From positions 1 to 64,000 of the forward strand of contig MCFE01000040.1 in the NCBI GenBank assembly GCA_002104905.1: a stretch of 64,000 bases of DNA, read 5' to 3'. The notes under the pieces were generated by a model. It did not search any database, had not been told where the DNA came from, and worked only from the letters and a program-made list of their open reading frames with translations. Below, one piece after another: positions 49,944 through 62,879 of the stretch; the first letter of the stretch is position 1; the number at the start of each line of letters is the position of its first letter. The DNA is from Basidiobolus meristosporus CBS 931.73. Taxonomy: Eukaryota; Fungi; Basidiobolomycota. Made by a program: the position numbers and the translations under genes.

Positions 49944-52586
49944 CTGATAATCCTTCAGAGGTAGAGGGCAGGTTCGTAAACGGGCTTATGATCTACAGAA
50001 TGGGAGTTAGTGTGCGTTTACACAAATTGGTTGTGTTTTGGAATTGGGGAGTATATCGTGGTGGGGCAGTTACTGGAGAAGACAGTAGGGAAGAATTTAC
50101 CTCTAGGGTGAGGGCTTCTATTATGGACGAGGGGGGTTGGTTTTAGTAGCAGGATGAACGGATCATGCAGCCGCAGCTTTGTCAAGAAGTATGGCAACAA
50201 AGAGTGAAAGAGACGAAATGTGAAATGGAAAAACCTATTTATCACTTTGTCTTTCGAAAGGAGAAATACCGGTGCTGCAATGTGATCAGCCTCGGTGCCA
50301 ACGAATTGGCTTCCTATTCTCAACAACCCATCACTCCCTATGGATGTGCGTCCAAACCTCTCCTTGCCGTCCCTTGCATCCTCATAATTTACGGGTGTCC
50401 CTAGAGATGTGGGAAACAATAAGATCCAACTGCTTCATGACTTGAAACAGACGCGCAAGTGTGAAGGGATGATGCAGGGTTGATTGCAGCACCAGGTTGG
50501 TGATGAAGGGAATCTGATTAGATTGAGACACAATATTCAAGAAACCAGTTGGGATTCCTCGAGATTGAAATCCACGTTTCGCATGTCGTAGTTGAGGATC
50601 GATCATAAATGTACAGCGTGGTTCATGAAAGGGACGTAGCTCACGCCTAGTCACCTCTCTTGTGGTATTCCAGCAGGCACTTTTCCCATTTCAACTGGTA
50701 GAGAAGTAGCATTTGCTTGCTGCAGATGCCAAACCACGATCAATAGCTGAGCGAAGGTTTTTCTGGTTGAGGCCTATCAACGGAAATGGCAAAAGAGATA
50801 ATGCTGCCATATTGGCTATAAGAGCTACAATGTAACTGAGAACCACCGCAGGAAACAGCTATATGGCTCATAGTTATCCAGGCACACCAGCGAATCTAGG
50901 GAATACAATATTGTGCGGAGGAAAGGATACCGTTGTCACAGTTCTCAGCATCTGACGTTTGTGTTACACATCGCCATTGGATTGAGATTCCTCCAGCGAT
51001 TCAGGTGACCTTAGACACAACAATGCAAGAGGTGTGAAGCGATGGGAATGTTTTCATACTTTTCTGTAGTAAACATCCGATCAACATCAAATCCAAATGC
51101 TCAGAGTTGAATTACAAAAGACGAAAAAGGTGTTGTAGATTACACGATTACGGTTCAATGAAGAACTTGGGGATAGGCTCCGTTAGATGGATGGTGACGA
51201 CATAGTGGGATTAAAGCGGTATCGCATTGCTAGGGTGCTTCGGTAAAATACTATCGCCACAATACCCACCATGCAGCTAATGAGACCACACAGCTACTGA
51301 GTATACATTAATGACATTGAATCATCTAACAGGCTCAATATTGATCACAAAATCTGCTGACGATATACTTTCAAGTGCTGAACTACCTGCAGGTACTGGG
51401 AAGGCCAATCCGAGATGCAGTTGGCTACTCTGTGTTTCATTAACAGACAACATTGATATGGGTCTCTAGTTACCTTGTACGCATCATACATAAATTTTTG
51501 TGTCTTCAAGCAGGTAGCTGCTGTTACACGGAGATACTTCGGCCATAAGATGTCCCAACACAGCGCAATAATGTGGAAAACACTGGAAAGTCCTCATGGT
51601 GCACAGGCTTCAAATTGAAACCACCCATGCATCCGCTGGTCAAGGCCAAGAATATGTGCTATGGATCCTTGAGCCAGGCTGTGAACACCTTTGAAACATG
51701 GTTAATAAACTGCGCTTGACGAGGGATTTCTCTTGATCCTGATTCTCATCGCCAAATCATACTCAGTATCCTTACAACGGACACACATTTGAGTGATCAC
51801 CGCGATGCCAAAAAGGGTTTGCGAAAACCATTCTACTGTCATACTCATCGGATCGTAATCATTTGGATGGTTGAGAACAAGGATGAAGGCACTCCACTCA
51901 GACCAGACTAATCCTAGCAATGGTCTAAATCATGCTAATATCAGAGCATCTAGTCCATGAGAACATATCTGAGATCAATTTGGCCCAGCATCGCTCATCC
52001 GCAAACAGGTTCAATGTTTCGTTCGGATGAAGTGGTTGCATTTTGTGGTTAATGAAATCCTCTGTTGGTGCAGATGCCACTCGATGTAGGCCATCCCAAT
52101 GTTATTGCCATGTCTGTGGTCTTCGTCAGCCCAACAAACACTATTGTTATGGTGGCACTGATACACCCGCCATGGCTAAAATCTCAAAACATCCAAGCTC
52201 GGCCATGATCACTCATTGCACACATAGGCTGCTGAATATAGAGAAGCGCCTCCATGATCAGTAGGACACATCTCAGTTTCCTCACAGATCCATACATTAG
52301 GCTCATATCAGGTTCCAATCTTGAGGATATGTTGATCTTGAAGAGTGTGCTATGATCCAGTGGATGGTCGGTCTGAATTATCCTGGTGATGCTCGCCATC
52401 TCTTGCTTATCGATTCCGCTAGGTATTTGGCACCGTATTCGCCAATCATATTCGCTGGTGTTTTTTGAACTTGCTATATATTTGCAAGTCAGCCCTTGGG
52501 CGGTTGGTCGATTTTGCATGACAACGCTATTCACATCCATTCACTGTATATTTTTATATCTTTCGTTGCAGCCTTCAGTTATAATT

Positions 52587-53426
52587 ATGATCTTCCAACA
52601 ACCTTCCCAATCCCAGCTTACCCTTGATCGCCCCAATGCAGAGCCCTTCGTGTCTAAGAGTCCCTTGGCGACCTATGCCCCCGTGCCGTTGAAGAGCGAG
52701 CTCAAGAAACATTATAGAAGCTTCATTCATGCCTCTGAGGACATCATCGCCCCTGCCCCCAAAAAACCGACACAATGCTGTGAGTCTAGCGTGTATACCT
52801 CTAACGCTAGCTCCTTTTCTCCCTGGGGGCTATCGACGCTGGCTGAGGACAGTGACGAAGAGTCATTCGAAGTGGACCTGAAATCCAAAATCCCTACTTG
52901 GTAAATTTCGGTTGATGCTCCGATCACGATGAGTACTAATATTCAAGCAATCGTTAGGAATTCCGAAAACGATGCCTATGCTGAGCTTCTCCAGATTGTG
53001 CGTAAAAATGGGCAGCAGGACAGTCGTGAGAATCCCTTGGACTCTCTTTATGAGAATTGCATTTCTCAGACCGAGGTCGAGCCAATGAGGATTGTAAATA
53101 GAGGCCTCGAGCTGGACGATATGGATGAGATGTTCCCGGCCGACTCAAGCTTCAGTTCCGACATCTTTGGTCGCTCCCCTATATGCCGAACTCAGAATCC
53201 TCTACCTTTGGATATGATGTTTTCTCCGAAAATGTCCACCTCCAACATCTCTCTTGTAAATCCACATCCAGACCTAGGAGCCATTCCGAACACTGGAGAT
53301 TCAGAGCAGTTGACTCATTCGTGTAATTTTGGCCGCCCGCTACCTTTGTCTTTCCACAAGCTTAATGTGCGTCGAAGATCACTTAGCGTTGGCGCCCGTT
53401 CCGGAAAGATCGGGATAACCTTCTAA
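52587..53426 (+). CDS. Hypothetical Ser/Pro-rich, probably disordered protein, 2 exons
   Basis: A 57-nt intron 52901-52957 (GTAAAT...TACTAAT...TTAG) joins two ORFs in frame (KIPTW-NSENDAY). C-terminal RRRSLS motif. Confidence 0.65.
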
Positions 53427-56399
53427 TGGATTCCTCCGAGCACAAGGGGAAACGGGGCCTGTCTTTATTTGCACAATGATGAACACAGCAAGATCTTTCT
53501 CACCATCCCTTGTACATATTTTCCGTTTCGTTGCTAATTTGTTAGATTATTTTTGGTTCGTTTATATACCATTCACCTATTTCTATGTAGTCGAGCATCA
53601 TATTTATGGCCTCCGCCAGCATTACTGTTATGATATCTGACCTTGGCTGAACCATGCGTAGGAAACCTCTAGCCTCAAGAGGATCCCCGCTTTTGTCTTA
53701 TATTTTCCACGATCCCACTGAACAAAACCCTTAAAAAATTTCCCGATACCCCATTCTCAGCGATTCATACCCAATAGTGAAGATTCAATTCTTCAGTTTC
53801 ACGTCTACTGTCTATGATTTACTAGTAAATAAAGAGCCTGTAATTTTGTCTACAAATTCGAGTGAATCGGATAGTACCTTGCGGCGCTCAGACGACCTCA
53901 TGATGGCTACAGATGCGCAAAGCTGTTGAGGGACCCCATGATAAGATGCCTCATGGGAAAGAAATGGTTCTTCCGCAATCTCCAAATAAATCCGGTTACA
54001 TGAATAGCTTGTGACAAGCCTCCAGGAAGCAGTGAAACATGTGCGCACAACTTGGGCACGTTTTCGAGGGTTTCTATTTCAGGCATCTCATGTGAATCCA
54101 ATCTAATGAATATGAATCTCAATCAGTTGGCCCTCATTTGACAGTAGTAATACCATATTATTAGTAATCAATTGAAGTCACTGCCTGTGAACATCAACGA
54201 AATCCACAATGAATCTTGGTTCGAGCAATTATCAAACTGGATCTCCTGGGTACTTGATTGCAGAGGTTGGCCTCCAATCACCCTGCTTCTCAGGATGACG
54301 TTGTGTTTCCCAAGGCTGCACCAGATGTGTCGTGGTTATCTGGACACGCCTGCCCAAAAAGACCCCTAACTCTAGCGCGAGTAGCTTTCCATTAGTTGGC
54401 TGAACACCATCAGGCTATCCTTTTTAAAGGGGTACAACGACCCGGTCTGATTTGATATTGAGGGCGATATAAATACACAACATAAATGATTCCTCCGATC
54501 TATTCAACATGCAAGCTAAGTAACTGCATTTCCTGGAATGCCGTCGCGAACGGATTGGGTCTAGATTCTCTGATGTATAATCTTAATCTTGAAATGAATG
54601 CCACCAATCCAATAGCCGAGGTTGAATTTTTTATAGATAAACTAGGCGTTTATCATCTCATCGTCTCAGCATATGGATATATTCGTAGATAGGAGTATTC
54701 ATATCTACCGACTTCATGATTGCTGGAAAGGGCAACCAATGCCTTAGGGTAACAAGATTGAGTATGATTAAGGCCATTTCCAAATGCCGATAAAAATATA
54801 CGGACGTTATCTTGGGTGAAGTGTTGGAATCAAAGTTATCGTAACCGATTGGCCACGTGGAAACGGCCAGGACTGGTGCCTCATGATCCATGGGAGTAAA
54901 CAGCTACGACTGCTCAAGAGTACAGCTAAGCCAGGCTCCTTGACTTTGCTTGGTGTGATATGTGAGCATACTTCACATCCGGGTGGGATGGGCAGTACTC
55001 TTTGGGGGGGGGTATCGGTCTTCATCGGCAAGAGGGACTATTGCTCGAGTTGGTGATGTCCATGTATAGAGCAGAGATTCTCCATGTTGCTTGATTAGGA
55101 AGCCGAATCAAGAAGACTCGGAATATGCGATTTTTCCGGAAGGATGTTAAGCAAATCGGAGTTGGTTGTTTATATGTTACGATGATTCGGTTATAAGGAT
55201 CGCAGTAAATATCGGTCGGCAGTAGGGCATTCCAGTATGGTAGAATGATGAAATGCATCTTGGAAAGCCAGAGTCAGCAAGTGTACACTTACCATATATA
55301 CGGGGCCGGGATTCTTATTTAGTGGGTTGCCCTGCGTGTTTGGCGTTTGCAATTTCTCTTTCGTAATGCCGATGCAAGCCAGTCTTGATATGAGCATTTC
55401 GCAGTGGATAAACTAGGTTATGTCAGTGATTGCGCAGAAGGTCGGTGTTGCCAGAGATTGAATAATTGGTCTTGCCTATGGGAAATCCGATTTGGTTAGA
55501 ATATGCCAAAGTATACACTTTAATCGTCATCGGCGTTCCTATATTCAATCAGTTCTAGTGTTTTCTAATCAACTGATATATGGTCATGAATGAACATATC
55601 ATCAGATACGCATTAAAGTCGGTGAATGAATCAATCTAAATCGCTTCTAGGTTTGCTCCAGTGGTGCATCTCGTCTCAAAGGTGCACCAATGGAGAGATG
55701 CAACCTCCAAGTGATTACAAATCTCAGAGAATGGTGAGAGTGCTGCTTCCAAACCATTGGATCAGCTGAATGGACTTCTGGCCTGGGCCTGCTGTGACAA
55801 TGGCATCGCATCTCATCTTCAATGGCGATTACCAGGATTGCATCAAACACAGGATCGCAGCAGTCTGCAATCAGTGGAGAGTCCACATCACCCTAGTCAA
55901 ATGGAAAGTAGCTGAGGGCTCAAGCGAGTGAATCGTTGACTATCCTCCCCAATATCCAGGTGGTTAATATTTACGGAAAAATTCTATTGCCAGCTCAGTC
56001 TCCCGAACTGGTAGCTTTGAGCGGATTGCCTGGTATGGAAGAGGACCTTTCTCCCGGTAAGTCGATTGGCTCGGAGCAAACCCTTAGTAATATCAAGGTG
56101 AAATCATTCCGAACCCCAACAGAGAACGGGGATTAAAAATGTGACTTGTGGATTGTCGATTGAGAGGAGCTTCCAGGTAAGACAGCACTCCTAATGCGGA
56201 TGGAAAGTCACCAAATCAGGATGGGTCAATATTGAGGTAATGCTTCAATCACCAGAAGTTTGTCAGTTCACCGTAGCATATAAATAAACACCCGGAAGCG
56301 GAGAAAGAGAATCGCACATTACATTTCATTCGATCTTTCCTGGAGCCAGCGCGATAATCTTTTCCCTAACCACTTTCCCAACACTCTTGGTTGCCCAAC

Positions 56400-57240
56400 A
56401 TGTCCAAGCAGGATAATTCGGTATTGCTACAACAATTCTCCAACCAACCATTCACCGTAATGGGGCCTAACGATATCGAGCTGAAATCCGAGTCTTTCGC
56501 ACAGTCGCTGTTTCCTAATGGTATTCTAGATACCGATTGACTCATGTCATGGCTTTTTTGGCTAACATTGTCCTCCTAATGCCAGAATCGGATCTTTTCA
56601 ATTATGCTCCTACGGCGACTTCAGGGAATATCTATGGTGTCGACTTTAACTGTAACTGCTGGACACCGCTGGATTCACCCGCAATCTCATCGTCTTCAGA
56701 TAATGGACTTTTGGAGATTCAAGAATACAGTAAAGAGGCATACGAGCAGGCATCTGGATGTACTCGTAAACGGTCAAGGCAGTCGTTCTCTGAAGAAAGC
56801 GAGACCTACTCCGACGGTGGTGAGGAGCATGGGTAAGTGGTTGGTTTAGGAGGTTTATGAAGAACATGATGTTGAGATGGCCTGTGTATCTTAGTGTTTC
56901 AAACGCCGAGATGAAGCGCCAGGTCCATATCCAGTCCGAGCAAAAACGAAGAGCTCAAATCAAGGATGGTTTTGAGGAGTTGAAGAAGCATCTTCCAAAT
57001 TGCTCGAATAAGAAGATCAGCAAGGCTTGTATCCTCAGTAAAAGTAAGTCGCTTCATGTGATCAATAGATGAGGTTAGTTTTTTAACCTTCTCTTAGCGG
57101 TTCAGCATTTACAAAGTATGAAAGGTGCGCAGCTAGCTCTGATGACTCAGCTTCAGCTGATCCGCTCAGAGAATGCCAAACTGCGCCAGTTTTACCAAGC
57201 GGTGCAACAGCGACAGGCACAGGATAAACTATTTCCCTGA
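56400..57240 (+). CDS. bHLH-leucine-zipper transcription factor (Ino4/Yas2/Mlx-like), 4 exons
   Basis: HIQSEQKRRAQIKDGFEELKKHLP...ISKACILSK-AVQHLQSM followed by a heptad L/Q zipper. TATAAATA near 56278. Confidence 0.88.
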
Positions 57241-57878
57241 AGCATTTCATATATCTCTGAATCCATCCTAATACACTGGCTCTCGCTGTTCTTCCATATT
57301 AATGTCAATCAGCAAATAGAGATATCGCTGTACCATATTATCTCCAGTGCTCATCCACAGTTCATGGTTGTGGGGCCAGCACAATAGGTTCCTAGATACG
57401 CAGCAGATTTCTCCTGTAGGGGCATATTTCTTGTTCGTTAAGAGCTTGTACCATATTCAACTTAATATACTAGTTATTTTCCAACCCAACCAGCTGTTTG
57501 ATCCATGTATATTCTGTATCAAGTGATTTTCACTCAACACATCGTAGAGCGTGCCGAAGAGAGGGTACTGCTATCTACCAGGGAACCCTACTGACTGCGT
57601 CGTGGCGCATGCCAGTATCTACGGTATTGAAGGCAAAGCCACGCTTTACATTTTCCTGGTGCTCAGGTCTACTTCTATTGAACTCACTAGTGGGAAGGGT
57701 GGATTGAAATATAACATCCGACTAATATCGATTTGATACTGATATGCTGACAAGTGGATGTACGCATAAATAAATGATGTTTACTGAAATAATCCGTACA
57801 AAGCATTAGTCGTTAGTATGACTTGACTCGTTCTCTGCTCTCAAAGCATTTCGTAAGCGACTCAGTCTCTGCCCGATG

Positions 57879-59765
57879 TCAAACTGATTTCAATTCCAAA
57901 TTTGTCGGATCAACAGTCAGAGTTTCGGGGTTTAGTGTCTTCAAGTATACCATGTAATCCGGAAGCTCACTTGAAGACCGCGATGCCCAATCGGTGGACA
58001 GGTTTACTTCGAGGCTCCTGGCTATCTCAGGACCAGTTTGACTTCGATCAGCGCTCGTAGCGACTTCATCCAGTCCCGCGCATTCAAGTACCAAGTTGTT
58101 GCTTTCCGCTTTGACCCCTTTGCCTGTTTGTCGATCGGGATGGATTTCACCAGAGACTGCGCAAACGAATGTCAATTTCCACTATGCGGATGAATTTTGG
58201 TAAATGAAAGTACCTGGCGTTCTGGTGGTTTCGCATTTCTCTTCATCTTGAGAAATTTCGTACTTGAATGAGTAAGTATCCAAAGATGCTGGTGCGTCCT
58301 GATCAATCGGGAAACCAGGGCGGTGTATGACGGATGTCTTTCCGACTGGTGTCATATGCTGGTTTGCTACTACTGTTTTTCCACATCCCCCAGAAGATAA
58401 AGGACAGATTGTGCTCATATTCTTGTCGGTTGCAGGACGACTCGCAAGGTTGGTATTAGTCATATCTCCGATACGACTGTTTGTATCCATGGATCTTGTA
58501 ACCTTTTCAGCCTTTGTTGAACTTCTAATACTGGGGATGGCGTGTGATCCTGAGCTTTGACTGCCCAGTATATCATCACAGACGGCCCAGTTTTCACGTA
58601 GGCGATTCAATGGCTGCTCACATGAAGATGGATATGCTCCAGCGAGTGAGTGACCAAATTTAGCTTGGGATGTATCTAAGCTGCTTTTGGGTACACCTGA
58701 AATCGCATCGTCCATCAGATATGGACTCGGGCTATTGTCAGGACTAAAGGAGCCTTCCCTCTCGCTGTCTACCGATGAAATTGTGAATGGTGATCCTGAG
58801 AACGAGCCCTGCTCAGACCTGACCGCAGAGGTGTGGTTGCTAGTAAATTCAGAAGCAAAGTTGCTCGTAGGAGAGTCTGCTGAAATGGGTGTCTTGCCGG
58901 TGGAGTAGTCATGGAAATTGGTTGGTGTGTGGATTTTGGTTCGCATCCGCTTGTTTGCAAACCAAACGCTCACTTGTTTATAATCCAACTTGCACAATCT
59001 ACTAAGCCTCTCCTTTTCAGTCTCACTAGGATATGGGGACTTGCGAATAAACGAATCGATTAGAATCTTCTTGATTTCCTTGGAAAACCTTGCGGGCGTT
59101 CTATTTGAGCCAGAGTTTTTTTCAAGGTTCAGGAGTTGATCAATACCATGACGAGTCAGATTTTCCACTGCCGAGCTGAAATACATCTTGGTCAGATCGA
59201 AGCCTTCGTTAAGCTCCGTAAGTATTCGGGACAGCGACAGGTCAAATATGGGTATAGCCTTCAACTGCCTAGCGATGATAGCTTTTCGTTGGTTGTTCAT
59301 GAAATACAGTGTTTCTATCCCTTCTCGAGTGGCACTTTTCGATAGCTCCCACATACTGTCAATCTTCAGATTGGTAGTGATACGACGCTTCTGTAGTGTT
59401 TGCTGTTCATCAGATTGAGTTGCAATGGCCGGCTCCCGGCTTACTAGGGTTGACAATGGCGTATCGGATTCACCAATTGCTGCGTCAAATATTTGTTCAT
59501 TTGGAGGGGCGAGAAATAGTGGGTGATATGGATGATGGTGAAGATGCTGTTCCATCATTTGGCATCGCCAGCTCACAGAGTTCAGGAAAGAAAATGGTTC
59601 TTTGTTGGTATCAATGGGCGAAAACCCCTGGACAGCATCCACCAGCCTTTGGGACATCTGGCTTAGGATGAGCATACGATTCCGTATGCCACATTCACAT
59701 CTATTATGAATCATGATGCTGGTGCATCCTTCACATTTCGGAGGATTGGGATCCAACAAAAGCAT
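57879..59765 (-). CDS. Homeodomain transcription factor, PBX/TALE-like, with a PBC-B-like segment; 2 exons
   Basis: Homeodomain at about 59105-58932: RFSKEIKKILIDSFIRKSPYPSETEKERLSRLCKLDYKQVSVWFANKRMR. A 57-nt intron 58213-58157 joins the two ORFs. The 5' end is not certain. Confidence 0.88.
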
Positions 59766-60520
59766 CACTTCAATGATTATACAAGAGATGACTCACTGCA
59801 CTGGAGAGTATTGAATGGTGAAGGTTGAAGGTTGAAGAGTGATTGAATAGGACGACAAAACTTCGGGAATGATAATGTAAATAGGAGTGCTTCGTCATTT
59901 ATATGTGCCAAAATCATCAGTACTGAATGAGCAGGGAGAGTGGGTTGGTTTCGGTATATGTCTGTCTGACTCGACAACCGGTCGGCAATAATTAAAACAG
60001 TCAGTCACATCAGAGTCTGGTGGTTGAAAATGCCGACTCAAAGAAAATCCATGTAGAGATTATATGGCTTGATGTACTTTAGCTAATATCGCAACCAAGT
60101 GGGTTGCTGATTTCCCAAGACAACCCCATCAGACTGGCCATCCATATCAGGTTCTTATGAACGTTTGAAAGCCACCATCAAATATTTCATCAGCACTATT
60201 CAGGCGAGTCAAAGCGCAGCTCCAAAGGAAATAGTGCCCATCAAAGCCATCATGACCGAAGGCAAGCATTTTCGCTTACTATTTTCGGGGTTTTGAACAA
60301 TTAATCTATACCATCTGAAATAGACAATTCATTTAGGGATTTCCTGCAAGTCAGGACATCTGATCGGATGATGGCAAAGCCAGTATATATATTCGAGTAT
60401 CAGGCCACGCATAAATGAAATTTGCATCGTTGATTATCACTGAGCGGTTGAATCAACATAGAATACATTGTTCGCGAATGATGTGTTTATGATGTTCGAA
60501 TTCTATCCCCCGTGGTAAAC

Positions 60521-61454
60521 ATGAACTCCCGTGGCTACTTACCGGGTAGAGGCGGTAGAAATGGTCAAGGGTAGAAATCCACCACTTAAACCAGAGCAAT
60601 ACACCTCAATTACAGATCCAGTGAGAATGAAATGCACTAGTTTGTTAGCGCTCAGCTGCGAGTTCAGGCTTCCGCAGTTTCTTTACTGGTGTGCTAGGAT
60701 AATTATTCCAGTTAGTTGGTTCTTTAACTCTGTGTACCAACATGAATGGCAATATCATGTATAAGCAATTAAAAGGAATAGGTGTAAAGCTAGAGAAAAC
60801 CCCGCTACAACACTTTACTGGGCTCGCTTGTTATGGGTGTAGTATGATCGTTTTATGCCATGATATTGTCATGCATATGGGAAGTGTTCCGATGCCTTTA
60901 AATCATGTGATCTGGCGGACAACTTGGTGCATACTGTGGATGAAGCACTCTCGCTCATCAGATAGAACATTCACCACTCAACCAATCAAATCGTCGCCTC
61001 GCTCGTTTTTTAGGTTTGTTTTGCAGCACCTCAAATTTCAAATTCCCCGAGTCTGGACACTTTGCTTACTGGACTGTGAGGATTCCCACCCAAAGTTTAT
61101 CCGAAAAAGTGACCCGTGTGGAGCTGAATTTCCCACATCTGCCGCCTTTCATTGACGACCCACACTCACGGTTTGATTATTGAGGTGAAACTCCAGGAAA
61201 TATCCGCCACCCTGATCACCAGAGTTTCCTCACCAATAGACCCCAACCACTATGTGCTTCATGATCGCCTACCGCTATATGTTGGAAACATAATACATGT
61301 CCCTAATGAGGCTCGTTCTTCAGGGATAGATACGCTGTCAAGAAGAGAATGGGAAAGCTACCTAAATAAAGTTGCGTACCAAAACTTTGGCAATTATTGG
61401 CGAAATCAATTTAATATAACCAACCACGTAACCATGTTTACGCGTGACTCCTGA
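60521..61454 (+). other. Possible fragmented or spliced gene divergent from the homeodomain gene
   Basis: Plausible micro-exons MNSRGYLP/EQYTSITDP/LRVQASAVSLL with GT-AG borders and downstream open frames. No complete model. Confidence 0.22.
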
Positions 61455-62039
61455 GGAAACTCCCGTTCCTAGATAAGGTTGCAATGGGAAGTGACTCATG
61501 TTTTAGAGTACGATGGTGGAGCTCATCCACCTAGCTCAAGAAGCACATTCCTACTGGCTGATGCATGTACTCAGGCTCATCAACACCCGACTCTGGGCAA
61601 CAAAACCTGAATCGCAACCAACTCATACCAAAGCTGCCGTTCGTATATTTAAAAACCCTCACATGGTACAGCCTCGCTCTCTAATAGGAAGGTAGTTCAC
61701 ACTTGGTGATGGCAAAGAAAGTCCAATGTTAAGAAGGATCCTCCCAATAACCAGTCACTGGCGGCGCTGAGTCGTCATTTGTGGCGTGCTCTAATTGCTT
61801 TTCAAGTCGATTTGTACATATTTAATTTATTATGATTCTTATGTGGTAGATAGATGGGTTTCAGACTGGACTTCTTGATTTATGAAGTTTGTCCTAAGTG
61901 AATCTCACCTGAACGGTTGCCTGGGCTCAGTATGATACATGGATAATTACCGTGGCCCTTCAGGAGAACATACGACTCAAACAAGGATCTAAGGAAATAT
62001 ACAATAAGGCGAGGTTGCGTTCGGTTAGTGACATTAAGT

Positions 62040-62879
62040 TCAGAGCTTCAGGTTTTCCTGCAGCTCCAGGTGGATCTTGGCTTTGTTTTGCGATGAGCGC
62101 GTTTTTTTGTGGTGCTTTAGTTTGTTCGCAAGTTTGATCAGCTTATTGACGCCAAATATCTCCTTGAATGAGGGTAGATCTTCTTGTATGAATTCTGCGG
62201 GTGGGGCAACCCTACTGTCCTGTGGATCATTTTGACTGACAGAGAAGAACTTTAGCTCGGCTTCAGGGACCGAAACGATTTCAACAACCGGCTGCTTAGT
62301 TGGGATCGCGAGGCTAACATCGGTCCACTCTGAGTTCTGTGGCTTGATCCTGGGGTTGGTAGCTTTAAGGGCTTTTAGGCGGAGAAATACTTCCTGGTAG
62401 TTCACCAACTCCAGAGGGATGTAGAGGGACTTTTTCAAGTGGAGGTTATCGGACCATATCTTGTTGATTCTTTTCAATTCATCCGTGTTAACACCATAGA
62501 GCAGTGCAATTCCTGCCAATGTGTCAGTGTCCTTAATCCGGTGCACAATGACTCGCTTTTCCTGTAACTCAAGTGCAAGTGAAGAGGATGAGGAGAAATG
62601 GGAGGAAAGAGCATCCTCTATCTCGGAGGCGATGTCATCTTCTGTCTTTTGGCGTCTGATAGGAACAAATGGAAAGGACGAGTTAAGAAGCGGATCGGTA
62701 GTGGTCTCCGTAGTGTTTTTCCTACGCAATTGGCGATTTCCAATCTGGTCAGGTATGAAGTAACTAGGTTGAAAAGGCTGGTGCTCAAACACACCCGGCT
62801 CCATGAAGCCTTGGAAATCCATGTTGTTCTCCAAATCATTAGAGAAATGAAGTGATGAGAAGGCAACCGCGGCGCACAT
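62040..62879 (-). CDS. Intracellular single-LysM-domain protein
   Basis: VHRIKDTDTLAGIALLYGVNTDELKRINKIWSDNLHLKKSLYIP fits the LysM consensus. No signal peptide. Start may be 62879 or 62822. Confidence 0.85.
   Translation of the reverse strand: MCAAVAFSSLHFSNDLENNMDFQGFMEPGVFEHQPFQPSYFIPDQIGNRQLRRKNTTETTTDPLLNSSFPFVPIRRQKTEDDIASEIEDALSSHFSSSSSLALELQEKRVIVHRIKDTDTLAGIALLYGVNTDELKRINKIWSDNLHLKKSLYIPLELVNYQEVFLRLKALKATNPRIKPQNSEWTDVSLAIPTKQPVVEIVSVPEAELKFFSVSQNDPQDSRVAPPAEFIQEDLPSFKEIFGVNKLIKLANKLKHHKKTRSSQNKAKIHLELQENLKL

Noticed and set aside
51500-52400. Possible degraded DDE transposase
   Set aside because: No catalytic motif, TIR or second copy could be identified.
53800-55400. Possible minus-strand multi-exon gene, including a 34-nt GTAAGT...AAG intron-like segment
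   Set aside because: The candidate intron is much shorter than others here and joined frames give no recognisable product.
56400-57240. bHLH-ZIP as an animal-type MLX relic
   Set aside because: The HIxSEQKRR...I..GF signature also occurs in ordinary fungal Ino4/Yas2-like factors.
57879-61454. Calling this a mating-type locus
   Set aside because: No second homeodomain or HMG gene and no known MAT-flanking genes are recognisable in the window.
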